Positions 1-9,112 of a stretch of 64,000 nt of DNA are shown here, piece after piece. Source of the DNA: Candidatus Aquilonibacter sp. (GTDB lineage: Bacteria; Acidobacteriota; Terriglobia; Terriglobales; Acidobacteriaceae); assembly GCA_035504135.1 (NCBI GenBank), contig DATJSM010000012.1:67701-131700 (forward strand), given 5' to 3'. The position numbers and the translations under genes were made by a program. The number at the start of each line of letters is the position of its first letter. Position 1 is the stretch's first letter. The notes under the pieces were generated by a model. It was not told where the DNA came from. It saw only the letters and a program-made list of their open reading frames with translations, and made no database searches.

Positions 1-401
1 GGGACCGGCGGTGGAAGGATCGCAGGCAGCGCAACGGAAAGGATCGCATGGTTTTCGACCCAGCGCCGGATGGGTTTCAGGTAGCGGCCCGAGACATGCT
101 TTTCAAGGAAGGCCATGCCGCCGGCGTGAGCGACCATGTGCGAGATCAGTCCGCCGAGCGCGGAGCCGAGAGTCGCAAGGAAGACGAGCAGGAACACATT
201 GGCGTGATTGGCCGCGTAGAGAATGCAAAGGATGTCGGTGACGCCCGGAATCGGCAGCGGAACGAACGAGCTGTCGACGATGGAGATGAACACCAGCCCG
301 GCAAGCCCTGCGTGGAAGAACAGGTGCATCATCCCGCTCCGGGCGCGATGACCCGCAGCGGCGGCGAGCAGTGCAGAGATGGACTGGGGTGCATGCATCA
401 T
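1..401 (-). CDS. DedA/YqaA family (VTT domain) membrane protein; 3' end runs off the window
   Basis: Manual translation from ATG at 401: MMHAPQ...LVFISIVDSSFVPLPIPGVTDIL...ATLGSALGG...AILPPP, DedA/VTT-type motifs. Absent from the ORF track because it has no stop in the window. Confidence 0.8.
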   Translation of the reverse strand, partial: MMHAPQSISALLAAAAGHRARSGMMHLFFHAGLAGLVFISIVDSSFVPLPIPGVTDILCILYAANHANVFLLVFLATLGSALGGLISHMVAHAGGMAFLEKHVSGRYLKPIRRWVENHAILSVALPAILPPPV

Positions 402-508
402 GCTGGAAGTATGACGCGCGTTGAGGCCGTTGAGTTGAGAAAAGGTTCCCGGGCACCACTCTCGTTCGCACCGGAATCGAAGCCAAGGCTTGAGCTGGAA
501 CCTGAAGC

Positions 509-1381
509 CTATACGTCGAGCAGATTCAGTTGCGGCAGCGGCGGCAGCGTTCCGAGCTTTGCGGCGAGCACGCGGAAGTGGTCGATGGCACCGAGGCAAT
601 CGGCGTCGAGCGTGTAATGAATGTTGCGTGTGAGATAGGTGTGGATGGTCTCGGGCGCGACGGCGATGCGGGGCGTCCACTCGCGCACCAGGTCGTCGAC
701 GGCTGCGAGACCGGCGTCTCGGCTGGCAGTGAGGTCGGCGATGAGCTGCTGTGGCGTGATGCCGGAGAGCGGAAGAGTTTCGGGGCGCACGGCCCACACG
801 GCGGCGACCCAGGGGAGTTCAGTGTGCTCGCGCCAGAGCGCGGCGAGGTCGAGCCAGAGCAGATTGCTGTTAAGGGCAGCGTCGATTTCGCTGCGTTGCT
901 CGCGGGCGAGTAGAGCAGGATCGCCGATGAGCAGAGCGGCATCAGCGGATTGGAGCATGGTCGCGGCGTCGGCGCGTTGCTCGGTGAAAGTAGGACGCGT
1001 GTTGTAGAAGTGCTCGAAGAGAATGTGCGCGTAGGCGGTGGAGCTGCGCGAGGCGGAGTCGGTGGCGATGGTGACGACGCGGGAGAGCGCTTCGTTAAGC
1101 GGAAGCTCGTCAGGATTCCTTACAAGCAGGAGAATGCTGCGGACCTCGTGAAGGCTGGCGATGGTGCAACCGGGAACAATGGCCAGCTCGGGCGTGAGCT
1201 CGGCGATAGGGATAAGGCCGAGGTCGGCGGCGCCGGTGTGCAGCTCGCGCGCACAGTGCGCGGGTGTGGTGTAGTGCAGCTCGTAGCGCGAGCGGAGCGA
1301 GCTGGCGGTGGGCTCGTGCTCGAAGTTGTAAAGAAGAGGCGCGGGATTCAGGAAAGAGATGGCGGAGACGCGAAGGGGCAC
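509..1381 (-). CDS. mqnA: Chorismate dehydratase MqnA (futalosine menaquinone pathway)
   Basis: AISFLNPAPL, ADLGLIP, VRSILL, SRSS, ADAALLIGDPAL, DLAALW...LPWVAAVW match MqnA/VitK2_biosynth motifs. Confidence 0.85.
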   Translation of the reverse strand: MPLRVSAISFLNPAPLLYNFEHEPTASSLRSRYELHYTTPAHCARELHTGAADLGLIPIAELTPELAIVPGCTIASLHEVRSILLLVRNPDELPLNEALSRVVTIATDSASRSSTAYAHILFEHFYNTRPTFTEQRADAATMLQSADAALLIGDPALLAREQRSEIDAALNSNLLWLDLAALWREHTELPWVAAVWAVRPETLPLSGITPQQLIADLTASRDAGLAAVDDLVREWTPRIAVAPETIHTYLTRNIHYTLDADCLGAIDHFRVLAAKLGTLPPLPQLNLLDV

Positions 1382-1488
1382 GAGGACGATTTTAGTGATA
1401 GAAGGGCAAAGATTTTCGTGGGATAGGGATGTGGAACCCGCGTGGGTTAGGATGCGAGGAAACTGCGCAGGCAGAGGAGTAGGCGCGA

Positions 1489-2700
1489 ATGGGCCAGGGA
1501 ATTTCGGGTGAAGTGGCGGATGTTGCCGCCGAGGCGCGTCTGGCGTGGATGGCGCTGGTTTTGACGCCAGGGATGGGACCGACGCGGTGCGTGCGCGCGG
1601 TGCAACGGCTGGGTGGAGCAGCGGAGCGGTTATTTGCGGCGTCGCTGACCGAGCTGGAAGGGCTGGGCATGCCGGGTGAGGCGGCGCAGTTCATCTTTGG
1701 CGGCAAGGCTCGCAAGGTGGCTGTGGACGAGATCAGCCGGGTGACGGATTCGGGCGCCACGTTTCTGACGATGGACGATGAGGCGTATCCGGTGCGCTTG
1801 ATGGAGATCTTCGATCCGCCGCCGGTGCTTTGGGTGCGCGGCGAGGCGTCGATTCTGAATAGGGCGGGGATTGCAGTAGTGGGAACGAGGAATCCGACGC
1901 CGTATGGCGCGGGCATGGCCGAAATGCTGAGCCGGGACCTGGCGCGGCGCGGGCTGGTGATTCAAAGCGGCATGGCGCGCGGTGTGGATACGGCGGCGCA
2001 TAAGGGCGCGATCGACGCCGGCGGCAAGACCGTCGCGGTTTGGGGAACGGGGATTGATGTTATATATCCCAAAGAAAACAAAAAGCTTGCAGAGCAAATT
2101 GTGGCCTGCGGAGGGACCATTGTGAGCGAGTTTCCGCTGGGGACGTTTCCGGCTCCGCAGAACTTTCCCATCCGCAATCGGACGCTAAGCGGGCTGAGCG
2201 TGGGCGTGCTGGTGGTGGAGGCGGCGGAGTATTCCGGGACGCGGATTACGGCGCGCTGCGCGCTCGAGCAGGGACGGGATGTGTATGCGGTGCCGGGGAA
2301 TGCGACCAACAAGAATGCCTGGGGGCCGAACACGCTGATCAAGCAGGGAGCCAAGCTAACTGCAACATGGGAGGACATTTGGGAGGATCTTCCGAGCCAG
2401 ATCCGGGTGGAACTGGAGGACGAGCAGGCGCGGCTGGCGGGTGGAAATGAATCCCGCGGTGGGGAGACGGCATCTCTATTTAGCGCCGGATTGGAAACCG
2501 CTGCCGGACAGCCGATGGGCGAGCACCAGCGCCTTGTTTTCAGCGAGTTGCGGCAGGATGAGGCGGTGCAGCTCGACGAGTTGATCGAGCGCTTGGAGCC
2601 GCAGATGGTGTCGGGTGAGATCTTTACGGCGCTGTTCGAGCTGGAGCTCGCGGGCAGGGTAAAACAGATGCCGGGCAAAAATTACGTGCGCTGTTTTTAA
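1489..2700 (+). CDS. dprA: DNA-processing protein DprA
   Basis: IAVVGTR, SGMARGVDTAAH, FPIRNR, VVEAAEYSGTRITA, C-terminal winged helix; upstream of topA. Confidence 0.96.
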   Translation: MGQGISGEVADVAAEARLAWMALVLTPGMGPTRCVRAVQRLGGAAERLFAASLTELEGLGMPGEAAQFIFGGKARKVAVDEISRVTDSGATFLTMDDEAYPVRLMEIFDPPPVLWVRGEASILNRAGIAVVGTRNPTPYGAGMAEMLSRDLARRGLVIQSGMARGVDTAAHKGAIDAGGKTVAVWGTGIDVIYPKENKKLAEQIVACGGTIVSEFPLGTFPAPQNFPIRNRTLSGLSVGVLVVEAAEYSGTRITARCALEQGRDVYAVPGNATNKNAWGPNTLIKQGAKLTATWEDIWEDLPSQIRVELEDEQARLAGGNESRGGETASLFSAGLETAAGQPMGEHQRLVFSELRQDEAVQLDELIERLEPQMVSGEIFTALFELELAGRVKQMPGKNYVRCF

Positions 2701-2971
2701 GCATTTTTGAGTGTTTTGGAGCGGTTTTCGCGCATTTTGAACACGTGATTTTTCCACATTTTCCTCAGAGGCGGAACGTCCAACGGAACGACCGGCTGCT
2801 GCGGACCGTAGGAGAGGTCTGGGCGGCGGGGTTTCGGCCGGACGTTTGACTTCGCCTCCGCGAAGCGTGTTAGGGTGCATTGACATTGGTTGAGGGAGAG
2901 CGGCTCGGTCGCCTTCTGACACCGGGTCCCCGGCGAGCGTGCTCCCGGGGTGGATGGAGTAAAGGCAACAG

Positions 2972-5914
2972 ATGGCAAAAAATCTTGTGATCGTAGAGTC
3001 GCCGGCAAAGGCGAAGACGATCGGGAAGTATCTCGGCAGCGACTATGTGGTGGAGGCCTCGATTGGCCACATCATGGATTTGCCGAAGAACGATATTGGA
3101 GTGGAGCTGAAGCGGCGGACGTTCGAGCCGACGCTGATTGTGTCGCCGGGCAAGGAGAAGGTGGTCGATAAGCTGAAGAAGCTGGCGGCCAAGAGCGATT
3201 CGGTTTTTCTGGCGCCTGATCCGGACCGCGAAGGCGAGGCGATTGCGGCGCATTTGAAGATGCAGCTTCTGCCTTCGGTGAAGGACAAGAAGAAGATTCA
3301 GCGGGTGACCTTTAATGAGATCACCAAGAAGGCCGTGCAGCAGGCGTTTCAGCATACGCGCGATGTGGACGAGAACTTAGTCGACGCGCAGCAGACTCGC
3401 CGAGTTTTGGACCGGCTGGTGGGGTATCAGATCTCCCCACTGCTGTGGGACAAGGTGAAGCGCGGGCTGAGCGCGGGACGCGTGCAGACGGTGGCGCTGC
3501 GACTGATCGTGGAGCGCGAGCGGGCGATCCAGAACTTCCCGCAGACCGAGTACTGGAATATTGATGCGGTGCTGACGCCGGCGGGAAATAAGGATGGGGA
3601 GTTTACGGCCCGGATGGTGGGCGTGCAGGGCCAGGCGGTGCGCGTGGAGGACCGCGCGGAAGAAGGCAAATATATTGCGAACGCGCTGCCGGACAAGGCG
3701 GCGGTCGACGAGGTGATTGCGCAACTGGAGCGCGCGACGTGGAGCGTGCGTTCGGTGGAGAAGAAGGAGACACGGCGCAGGCCGCGGCCTCCGTTTACGA
3801 CGAGCCAGTTGCAGCAGCAGGCGGCGGGGCGGCTGGGATTTGGCGTGCGCCGGACGATGGGTGTGGCGCAGCGTTTGTATGAGGGCGTCGAGCTGGGGCC
3901 GGAAGGAACGGTGGGCCTGATTACGTACATGCGTACGGATTCAACGCGCATGAGCCCGGATGCGATTGAGGCGATTCGAGCGCATGTGAAGAAGCAGTTG
4001 GGCGACAAGTACATTCCGGAGACGCCAAATGTTTATTCGTCGAAGAAGGACGCGCAGGATGCGCATGAGGCGATTCGGCCGACCAATATTGCGTGGACCC
4101 CGGAGTTTGTGCGGCGGTATGTGAGCGATGAGCAGTTCCGGCTGTATTCGCTGATCTGGGAGCGCGCCGTTACCAGCCAGATGGTTCCGGCGGTGTTCGA
4201 CCAGACGACGGTGGATATAGAAGCCAAGGCTGATATGAGTTATGACTTCCGCACGACCGGAAGCGTGCTGAAGTTTGCGGGCTTCCTGTGGTACGAGGAG
4301 GAGGCGAAGAAGGCCAAGGCTGCGCGCGATGCGAAGGCTGCGGCTGACGCTGCGAGGCAGGAACAGAAGGCGAAGGAGTCGCGGGCGGACGGCGATGCCG
4401 ACGTTGATGGTGACGGCGCGAAGGAGGAGGACGCTGACCGCAGGCTGCCAGAGTTGAATGATGGACAGGCGCTTACGAAGGTGCGACTGGAGCCGGCGCA
4501 GAAGTTTACCCAGCCGCCACCGCGGTTCAATGAAGCGAGCCTGGTGAAGACGCTGGAGGAGAACGGCATTGGAAGGCCTTCGACCTATGCGTCGATCATT
4601 AATACGATCCAGGAGCGCGACTATGTGAAGAAGATCAAGGCGCGGCTGGTGCCGACGGAGATCGGTATGGTCGTAACGGATCTTCTGGTGAAGAACTTTC
4701 CGTACATCTTCAAGGTGGAATACACGGCGGGGCTGGAGAACGAGCTGGACGCAGTGGAAGAGGGAACGGAGAAGTGGACGGACCTTCTGAACGGCTTTTA
4801 TACGCATCTCGAGGACGAACTGAAGGTGGCGAGCGAAGAGATGCAGGACATCAAGGCGATGGAGGAGGAGACGAACGAGACCTGCGAGAAGTGCGGCGCT
4901 CCTCTGTATCTGAAGTGGGGTAAGTTCGGGAGCTTCTACTCGTGCGCGAACTACACGAACGAAAAGCCGATGAGCGTGAGCGCGGCGGCGTGGAAGAAGA
5001 GCGAGCGCGAGGTGCTGAAGAAGATCACGGCGAAGTTCCACCACGCGACGCTGAGAGTGAAGGGCACGGACGCGGAAGGCGCGGAGCGGGCTGTAGAGGT
5101 CAGCGATTCAAAGGATCGAAAGGAGCTGAGTGCGGCGCTGCAACTGGCGATGAAGGACTGGAAGAAGGTTTCGGTCGAGCCGGTGAGCTGCGACTTCACG
5201 AAGGAGAACTTTGCGGCGAAGCCGGACTTGAACGCTCCGGGCGCGGACGCGGTGGAAGAGCAGGAAGAGGAGTTCTGCGACAACTGCGGGCGCGTGATGG
5301 TGCTGCGGAACGGGCCGTGGGGACCGTTTATGGCGTGCCCCGGCTACAACGAAGACCCGCCGTGCAAGACGATCCGGAAGCTGAACCAGAAGGTGCAGTC
5401 GAAGCCGCCAGTGCAGTTGGAGGAACCTTGCCCGAAGTGCGGCAAGCCGCTGTTGCAGCGTGAGGGGCCGTATGGGGAGTTCATCGCGTGCTCGGGCTAC
5501 CCGAAGTGCAAGTATGTGAAGCAGGAGATTCTGGACGTGCCGTGCCCGAAGTGCGGCGGTGAGATCGCGGTGCGGAAGAACCGGCGCGGCGATGTGTTCT
5601 ACGGCTGCACGCGGTATCCGAAGTGCGACTTCACGAGCAACCAGAAGCTGGTAGCCGAGGCATGCCCGAAGTGCAAGTCGCCGTACCTGCTGGAGCTTTC
5701 GGATAAGGACGGCACGTGGCTGGTGTGTCCGAATAATCAGGAGCGGCTGCCGAAGCGTCGTGCGAAGAAGGGTGCCCCGGGGGAAGAGGCGAAGCCGGGA
5801 ATGGTGTGCGGCTATGTGAAGAAGATTGGTCCGCCGAAGCCGAAGGAAGAGCCGAAGGAATTGAAGCGGCCGGACCCGGAGAAGACGCGGCCGGTGGTGG
5901 AGGCGGTGGCCTGA
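2972..5914 (+). CDS. topA: Type IA DNA topoisomerase I with five C-terminal Zn ribbons
   Basis: LVIVESPAKAKTI, DPDREGEAIA, SAGRVQ, ITYMRTDS (catalytic Tyr), AHEAIRPT, GIGRPSTYA, CxxC ribbons. Confidence 0.98.
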   Translation: MAKNLVIVESPAKAKTIGKYLGSDYVVEASIGHIMDLPKNDIGVELKRRTFEPTLIVSPGKEKVVDKLKKLAAKSDSVFLAPDPDREGEAIAAHLKMQLLPSVKDKKKIQRVTFNEITKKAVQQAFQHTRDVDENLVDAQQTRRVLDRLVGYQISPLLWDKVKRGLSAGRVQTVALRLIVERERAIQNFPQTEYWNIDAVLTPAGNKDGEFTARMVGVQGQAVRVEDRAEEGKYIANALPDKAAVDEVIAQLERATWSVRSVEKKETRRRPRPPFTTSQLQQQAAGRLGFGVRRTMGVAQRLYEGVELGPEGTVGLITYMRTDSTRMSPDAIEAIRAHVKKQLGDKYIPETPNVYSSKKDAQDAHEAIRPTNIAWTPEFVRRYVSDEQFRLYSLIWERAVTSQMVPAVFDQTTVDIEAKADMSYDFRTTGSVLKFAGFLWYEEEAKKAKAARDAKAAADAARQEQKAKESRADGDADVDGDGAKEEDADRRLPELNDGQALTKVRLEPAQKFTQPPPRFNEASLVKTLEENGIGRPSTYASIINTIQERDYVKKIKARLVPTEIGMVVTDLLVKNFPYIFKVEYTAGLENELDAVEEGTEKWTDLLNGFYTHLEDELKVASEEMQDIKAMEEETNETCEKCGAPLYLKWGKFGSFYSCANYTNEKPMSVSAAAWKKSEREVLKKITAKFHHATLRVKGTDAEGAERAVEVSDSKDRKELSAALQLAMKDWKKVSVEPVSCDFTKENFAAKPDLNAPGADAVEEQEEEFCDNCGRVMVLRNGPWGPFMACPGYNEDPPCKTIRKLNQKVQSKPPVQLEEPCPKCGKPLLQREGPYGEFIACSGYPKCKYVKQEILDVPCPKCGGEIAVRKNRRGDVFYGCTRYPKCDFTSNQKLVAEACPKCKSPYLLELSDKDGTWLVCPNNQERLPKRRAKKGAPGEEAKPGMVCGYVKKIGPPKPKEEPKELKRPDPEKTRPVVEAVA

Positions 5915-5923
5915 GGACGAACC

Positions 5924-6340
5924 ATGGCGACGGCGGCTGACGGGGATCTGATTCTGAAGCTGTATGATCTGCGGCGCGAGCCGAGGATGCGACAGGCTCG
6001 GCAATGGGTGATGCAGGAGTTCAAGCCGAAGAACCTGGACGAATTGTTAGCGGTGCAACGGGATTTTGGCTCCGACCAGAACCAGATGTGGCGGCAGGTG
6101 ATCGGCTACTGGGAGATGGCGGCGGCGCTGGTGTTGCACGGCGCTTTGGACCGGGAACTGTTCTTTGATTCGGTGGGCGAGAACGTGTTCCTGCTGGCGA
6201 AGTTCGGGCGGCTGCATGAGGAGTACGCCAAAATGGCGGGCAACGACGGATTCATGCCGCACACCAGCAAGCTGATCGACGGATATGAGCCCGCGATGCG
6301 CAGGGTGCGGGAGCTGCGCTCGTTTCTGGATCGTGAGTAA
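5924..6340 (+). CDS. Conserved hypothetical protein (DUF4760-like)
   Basis: LILKLYDLRRE..MR.AR...YWEMAAALV.HG pattern; RBS GAGG; 9 bp after the topA stop. Confidence 0.65.
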   Translation: MATAADGDLILKLYDLRREPRMRQARQWVMQEFKPKNLDELLAVQRDFGSDQNQMWRQVIGYWEMAAALVLHGALDRELFFDSVGENVFLLAKFGRLHEEYAKMAGNDGFMPHTSKLIDGYEPAMRRVRELRSFLDRE

Positions 6341-6385
6341 AGGGCGTGATTTCTATGTAGTTCAGTAGGAATCCGAAGCGCGACT

Positions 6386-6414
6386 TTCCATTTCCGGTAG
6401 AACCATGCTAAACT
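6386..6414 (+). promoter_or_regulatory. Putative sigma70 promoter of the DUF427 gene
   Basis: TTCCAT-17 bp-TAAACT with extended -10 TGC. Confidence 0.5.
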
Positions 6415-6513
6415 GTCGTCAGACCAGCGGCGCAGGCCGCGGCCCCAGGGCTCCCGGACCGGAAGGGGAAGGCTCGGCTGCAGCTAACTGACTGAAAAGA
6501 CAGGAAGGCGGAT

Positions 6514-6798
6514 ATGGCAAAGGCAATTTGGAACGGACAGACCCTCGCGGAGAGCGACAAGGTTGAGACCGTGGAGGGAAACATTTACTTCCCCGAAGAG
6601 ACTGTAAACCGGGCATTTCTGCGGCCCAGCTCGACCAGCTCGACGTGCCCGTGGAAGGGTCGGGCGCGGTACTATACGGTGCTTGTGGACGGCCAGGAGA
6701 ATCTGGACGCGGCTTGGTATTACCCGGATCCGAAGCCGGCGGCGAAGTCGGTAAAGCATCATGTGGCGTTCTGGCGCGGAGTGGAAATTACAAGTTAG
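6514..6798 (+). CDS. DUF427 family protein
   Basis: AIWNGQTLAES, VEGNIYFP, CPWKGRARYY, AAWYYPDPK, VAFW. Confidence 0.92.
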   Translation: MAKAIWNGQTLAESDKVETVEGNIYFPEETVNRAFLRPSSTSSTCPWKGRARYYTVLVDGQENLDAAWYYPDPKPAAKSVKHHVAFWRGVEITS

Positions 6799-6832
6799 GC
6801 CGGAACGGTCGCAGGAAGACAGTTGAATTTTG

Positions 6833-6861
6833 AAAGCCCCCTGCCGATGCGCAGGGGTTTT
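6833..6861. terminator. Bidirectional intrinsic terminator
   Basis: AAAGCCCCCTGC-cgatgc-GCAGGGGTTTT between convergent genes. Confidence 0.75.
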
Positions 6862-6874
6862 CTGCGTTTGCAGA

Positions 6875-7915
6875 TCAGCGCGGCTGGAGCGAGAGGACGA
6901 TTTTGCCGAAGTGGCTGCCGTGCTGCAAGTGCTGGAAGGCGGCGCGGGCGTCGGCGAGCGGGAAGACGCGGTCGACGATGGGCTTGAGGTTGTTGGCAGC
7001 GATGGCGGCGTTCATGCGGGTGAACATGGCTCGGCTGCCGACGTAGATACCGTTGAGGTGAACGGATTTGGTGAGGACGGAGCGGACGTCGATTCCCGCG
7101 CCTGCGTCGGGGCCGGTGCCGGAGAGCACGCCGATGACGTGGACGTGGCCGGAGGGGCGAACTGCAGAGAGCGATTTGGTGATGGTGCCCTGGCCGCCGA
7201 CTTCGACGACATGGTCGACGCCGAGGTTGTGGGTGAGGTTTTTCGCGGGCTTGTCCCAGTCGGGGTTGGATTTGTAGTTGATGATGTGCGAGGCGCCGAG
7301 GCGGCGGGCGCGTTCGAGCTTCTCGTCGGACGAGCTGGTGAGGATGACGGTGGCGCCGTGCATGCGGGCGATCTGCAGGGCGAAGAGGGAGACACCGCCG
7401 GTGCCCTGGACGAGGACGGTTTGGCCGGCGTGGAGGTGGCCCTGCTCGACGAGCGCGTTCCAGGCGGTGAGCGCGGCGCAGGGGAGGGTGGCGGCTTCCT
7501 CGAAGCTGAGATGTGCGGGCGCGTGGATGAGGCCGGTTTCGGGGAGGATGCGTTCGGTGGCGAAGACGCCGTCGATGGGGCCGCCGAGCGCGGATTTGCC
7601 GGTGAGCGGCTGGATCTCGCCGTCGAGCCAGTTCTGAAAGAAGAGCGTGCAGACGCGGTCGCCGGGCTTGAAGAGAGTGACGGCCGGGCCGACGGCGATG
7701 ACCTCGCCGGCTGCGTCGGAGCCGAGGATGCGGGGGAGCTGCATCTTGGGGTTGTAGTGGCCGAGCGCAACCATGAGGTCGCGGTAGTTGAGCGAGGCGC
7801 CGCGGAGGCGGACGTGGACGTCGGTGGGGCCGAGCGCGGGGAGTTCGGTGGGTTCGAGCGAGAGATTCGCAACGTTGTCCAAGCCGAAGGCGTTGAGGCG
7901 AAGCGCGGTAGGCAT
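6875..7915 (-). CDS. MDR-superfamily NAD(P)-dependent oxidoreductase (alcohol dehydrogenase/quinone reductase-like)
   Basis: Start MPTALRL (ATG 7915) within the longer ORF; SLNYRD, GSDAAG, TLPCAALTAWNAL, QGTGGVS, HFGKIV. Confidence 0.92.
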   Translation of the reverse strand: MPTALRLNAFGLDNVANLSLEPTELPALGPTDVHVRLRGASLNYRDLMVALGHYNPKMQLPRILGSDAAGEVIAVGPAVTLFKPGDRVCTLFFQNWLDGEIQPLTGKSALGGPIDGVFATERILPETGLIHAPAHLSFEEAATLPCAALTAWNALVEQGHLHAGQTVLVQGTGGVSLFALQIARMHGATVILTSSSDEKLERARRLGASHIINYKSNPDWDKPAKNLTHNLGVDHVVEVGGQGTITKSLSAVRPSGHVHVIGVLSGTGPDAGAGIDVRSVLTKSVHLNGIYVGSRAMFTRMNAAIAANNLKPIVDRVFPLADARAAFQHLQHGSHFGKIVLSLQPR

Positions 7916-7982
7916 GTGGATTGGATGAGACAGAGAGAGGCGGAGTCGCGTGGGATGGGACGCGTCGACGGGAATAAATCTC

Positions 7983-8011
7983 TTTACACTTTGCATTGCA
8001 AAGTGTAGGCT
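7983..8011 (+). promoter_or_regulatory. Sigma70-type promoter overlapped by a perfect 23-bp palindromic operator
   Basis: TTTACA-17 bp-TAGGCT; TACACTTTGCA-T-TGCAAAGTGTA at 7985-8007. Confidence 0.7.
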
Positions 8012-8035
8012 TCGCGGTGGAGGTTGCTTTCTGCG

Positions 8036-8662
8036 ATGACCGACCTCAATCGAGCGCTCGTCGATATACGTGACATTCGCCGCCAGGTAGCGCAAGCCAC
8101 TGAGTTTCGCGGCTATGGTCCGCTGACGCTTTCCGCGACGGCTGTTCTTGCGCTGCTTGCGGGGGTTTTGCAATCGCGCTGGCTTCCGGAACCTGCAAAT
8201 TCTCCGGTGCAGTATGTTGCGCTGTGGCTGACAACCGCTCTCATATGCGCCGCGCTGATCGCAAGCCAGATGCTGGCGCGAGCCAGGCGACTGCATTCCG
8301 GGATGGCAGATGAGATGGTGCGCATGGCCGTAGCGCAGTTCCTTCCCGCGGGTGTTGCGGGTGCGATTCTGCCGTTCGTGATGTTGCATGTCACGCACAG
8401 CATGTTTTGGGTGCTGCCGGGTTTGTGGCAGATCATCTTCGGGCTCGGGGTGTTTGCCTCTTGCCGCTGTTTGCCGAGGCCCATGGTGCTGGTGGGTGCG
8501 TGGTTTCTGCTCACAGGTCTGGCATGCGTGGCGCTCGGAGATGAGCGCGCCCTGGCGCCTGCGACGATGTCCGGTGCTTATGCGATCGGCATGATGCTGG
8601 TTGCTGCCATCCATTATCTTTTCGCGAAGAAGGCGACGACCGATGAAGAAAAGGAACTCTAG
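8036..8662 (+). CDS. Multi-pass membrane protein co-transcribed with a wHTH regulator
   Basis: About six hydrophobic segments; N-terminus ALVDIRDIRRQV; GGAGG upstream; overlaps the next gene. Confidence 0.75.
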   Translation: MTDLNRALVDIRDIRRQVAQATEFRGYGPLTLSATAVLALLAGVLQSRWLPEPANSPVQYVALWLTTALICAALIASQMLARARRLHSGMADEMVRMAVAQFLPAGVAGAILPFVMLHVTHSMFWVLPGLWQIIFGLGVFASCRCLPRPMVLVGAWFLLTGLACVALGDERALAPATMSGAYAIGMMLVAAIHYLFAKKATTDEEKEL

Positions 8663-9032
8663 AGCTGCGGCGCCGTTCGCGTACGAGGGTCTTGATCGCG
8701 TGATCCATGAACGCGCAAGGCTGAGCGTTCTGACCTCGCTGCTCACGCACCCGAACGGTTTGAGCTTCGTTGAGCTCAAGCAACTTTGCGCTCTTACCGA
8801 CGGCAACCTGGCGCGGCATTTGCAGGTGCTTGAGGAGGACAAGATGGTTCATATCAGCAAGGAAGAGGATGGCAGGCGCGCTCAGACTACGGTGCGGATT
8901 ACGGCGTCTGGCCGCAAGCGCTACCTGGAATACCTTGCGATCCTCGAGCAGGTGGTTCGCGATGCCGCTTCGGTTGTTGAAGCGAGCAACGATGATCGGC
9001 TTGCTCGCAAGTTGTCCCCGCTGAACGCCTGA
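8643..9032 (+). CDS. Winged-helix transcriptional regulator (ArsR/MarR-like, HTH_34 type)
   Basis: LDRVIHERARLSVLTSL, SFVELKQLCALTDGNLARHLQVLEE, T.VRITASGR. Confidence 0.88.
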   Translation: MKKRNSRAAAPFAYEGLDRVIHERARLSVLTSLLTHPNGLSFVELKQLCALTDGNLARHLQVLEEDKMVHISKEEDGRRAQTTVRITASGRKRYLEYLAILEQVVRDAASVVEASNDDRLARKLSPLNA

Positions 9033-9075
9033 CGATTTGGTTTGTAAGTCCGAAATTTGGACGGCCATATCTATC

Positions 9076-9094
9076 AACTTTGTATTGCAAAGTT
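9076..9094. promoter_or_regulatory. Second copy of the ACTTTGyA-T-TGCAAAGT operator
   Basis: AACTTTGTA-T-TGCAAAGTT, followed by a TACTAT -10-like hexamer and an AAGGAG RBS. Confidence 0.7.
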
Positions 9095-9112
9095 ACTATT
9101 CAAGGAGATGTC

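Noticed and set aside
6450-6475. SRP (4.5S) RNA, suggested by the CCGGAAGG tetraloop
   Set aside because: The conserved CAGG and AGCA internal-loop flanks are absent (CCGGA...GGAAGG instead)
7916-8842. N-terminal 309 aa of the 655-aa minus-strand ORF
   Set aside because: Antisense to two well-supported + strand genes; dehydrogenase homology starts at MPTALRL
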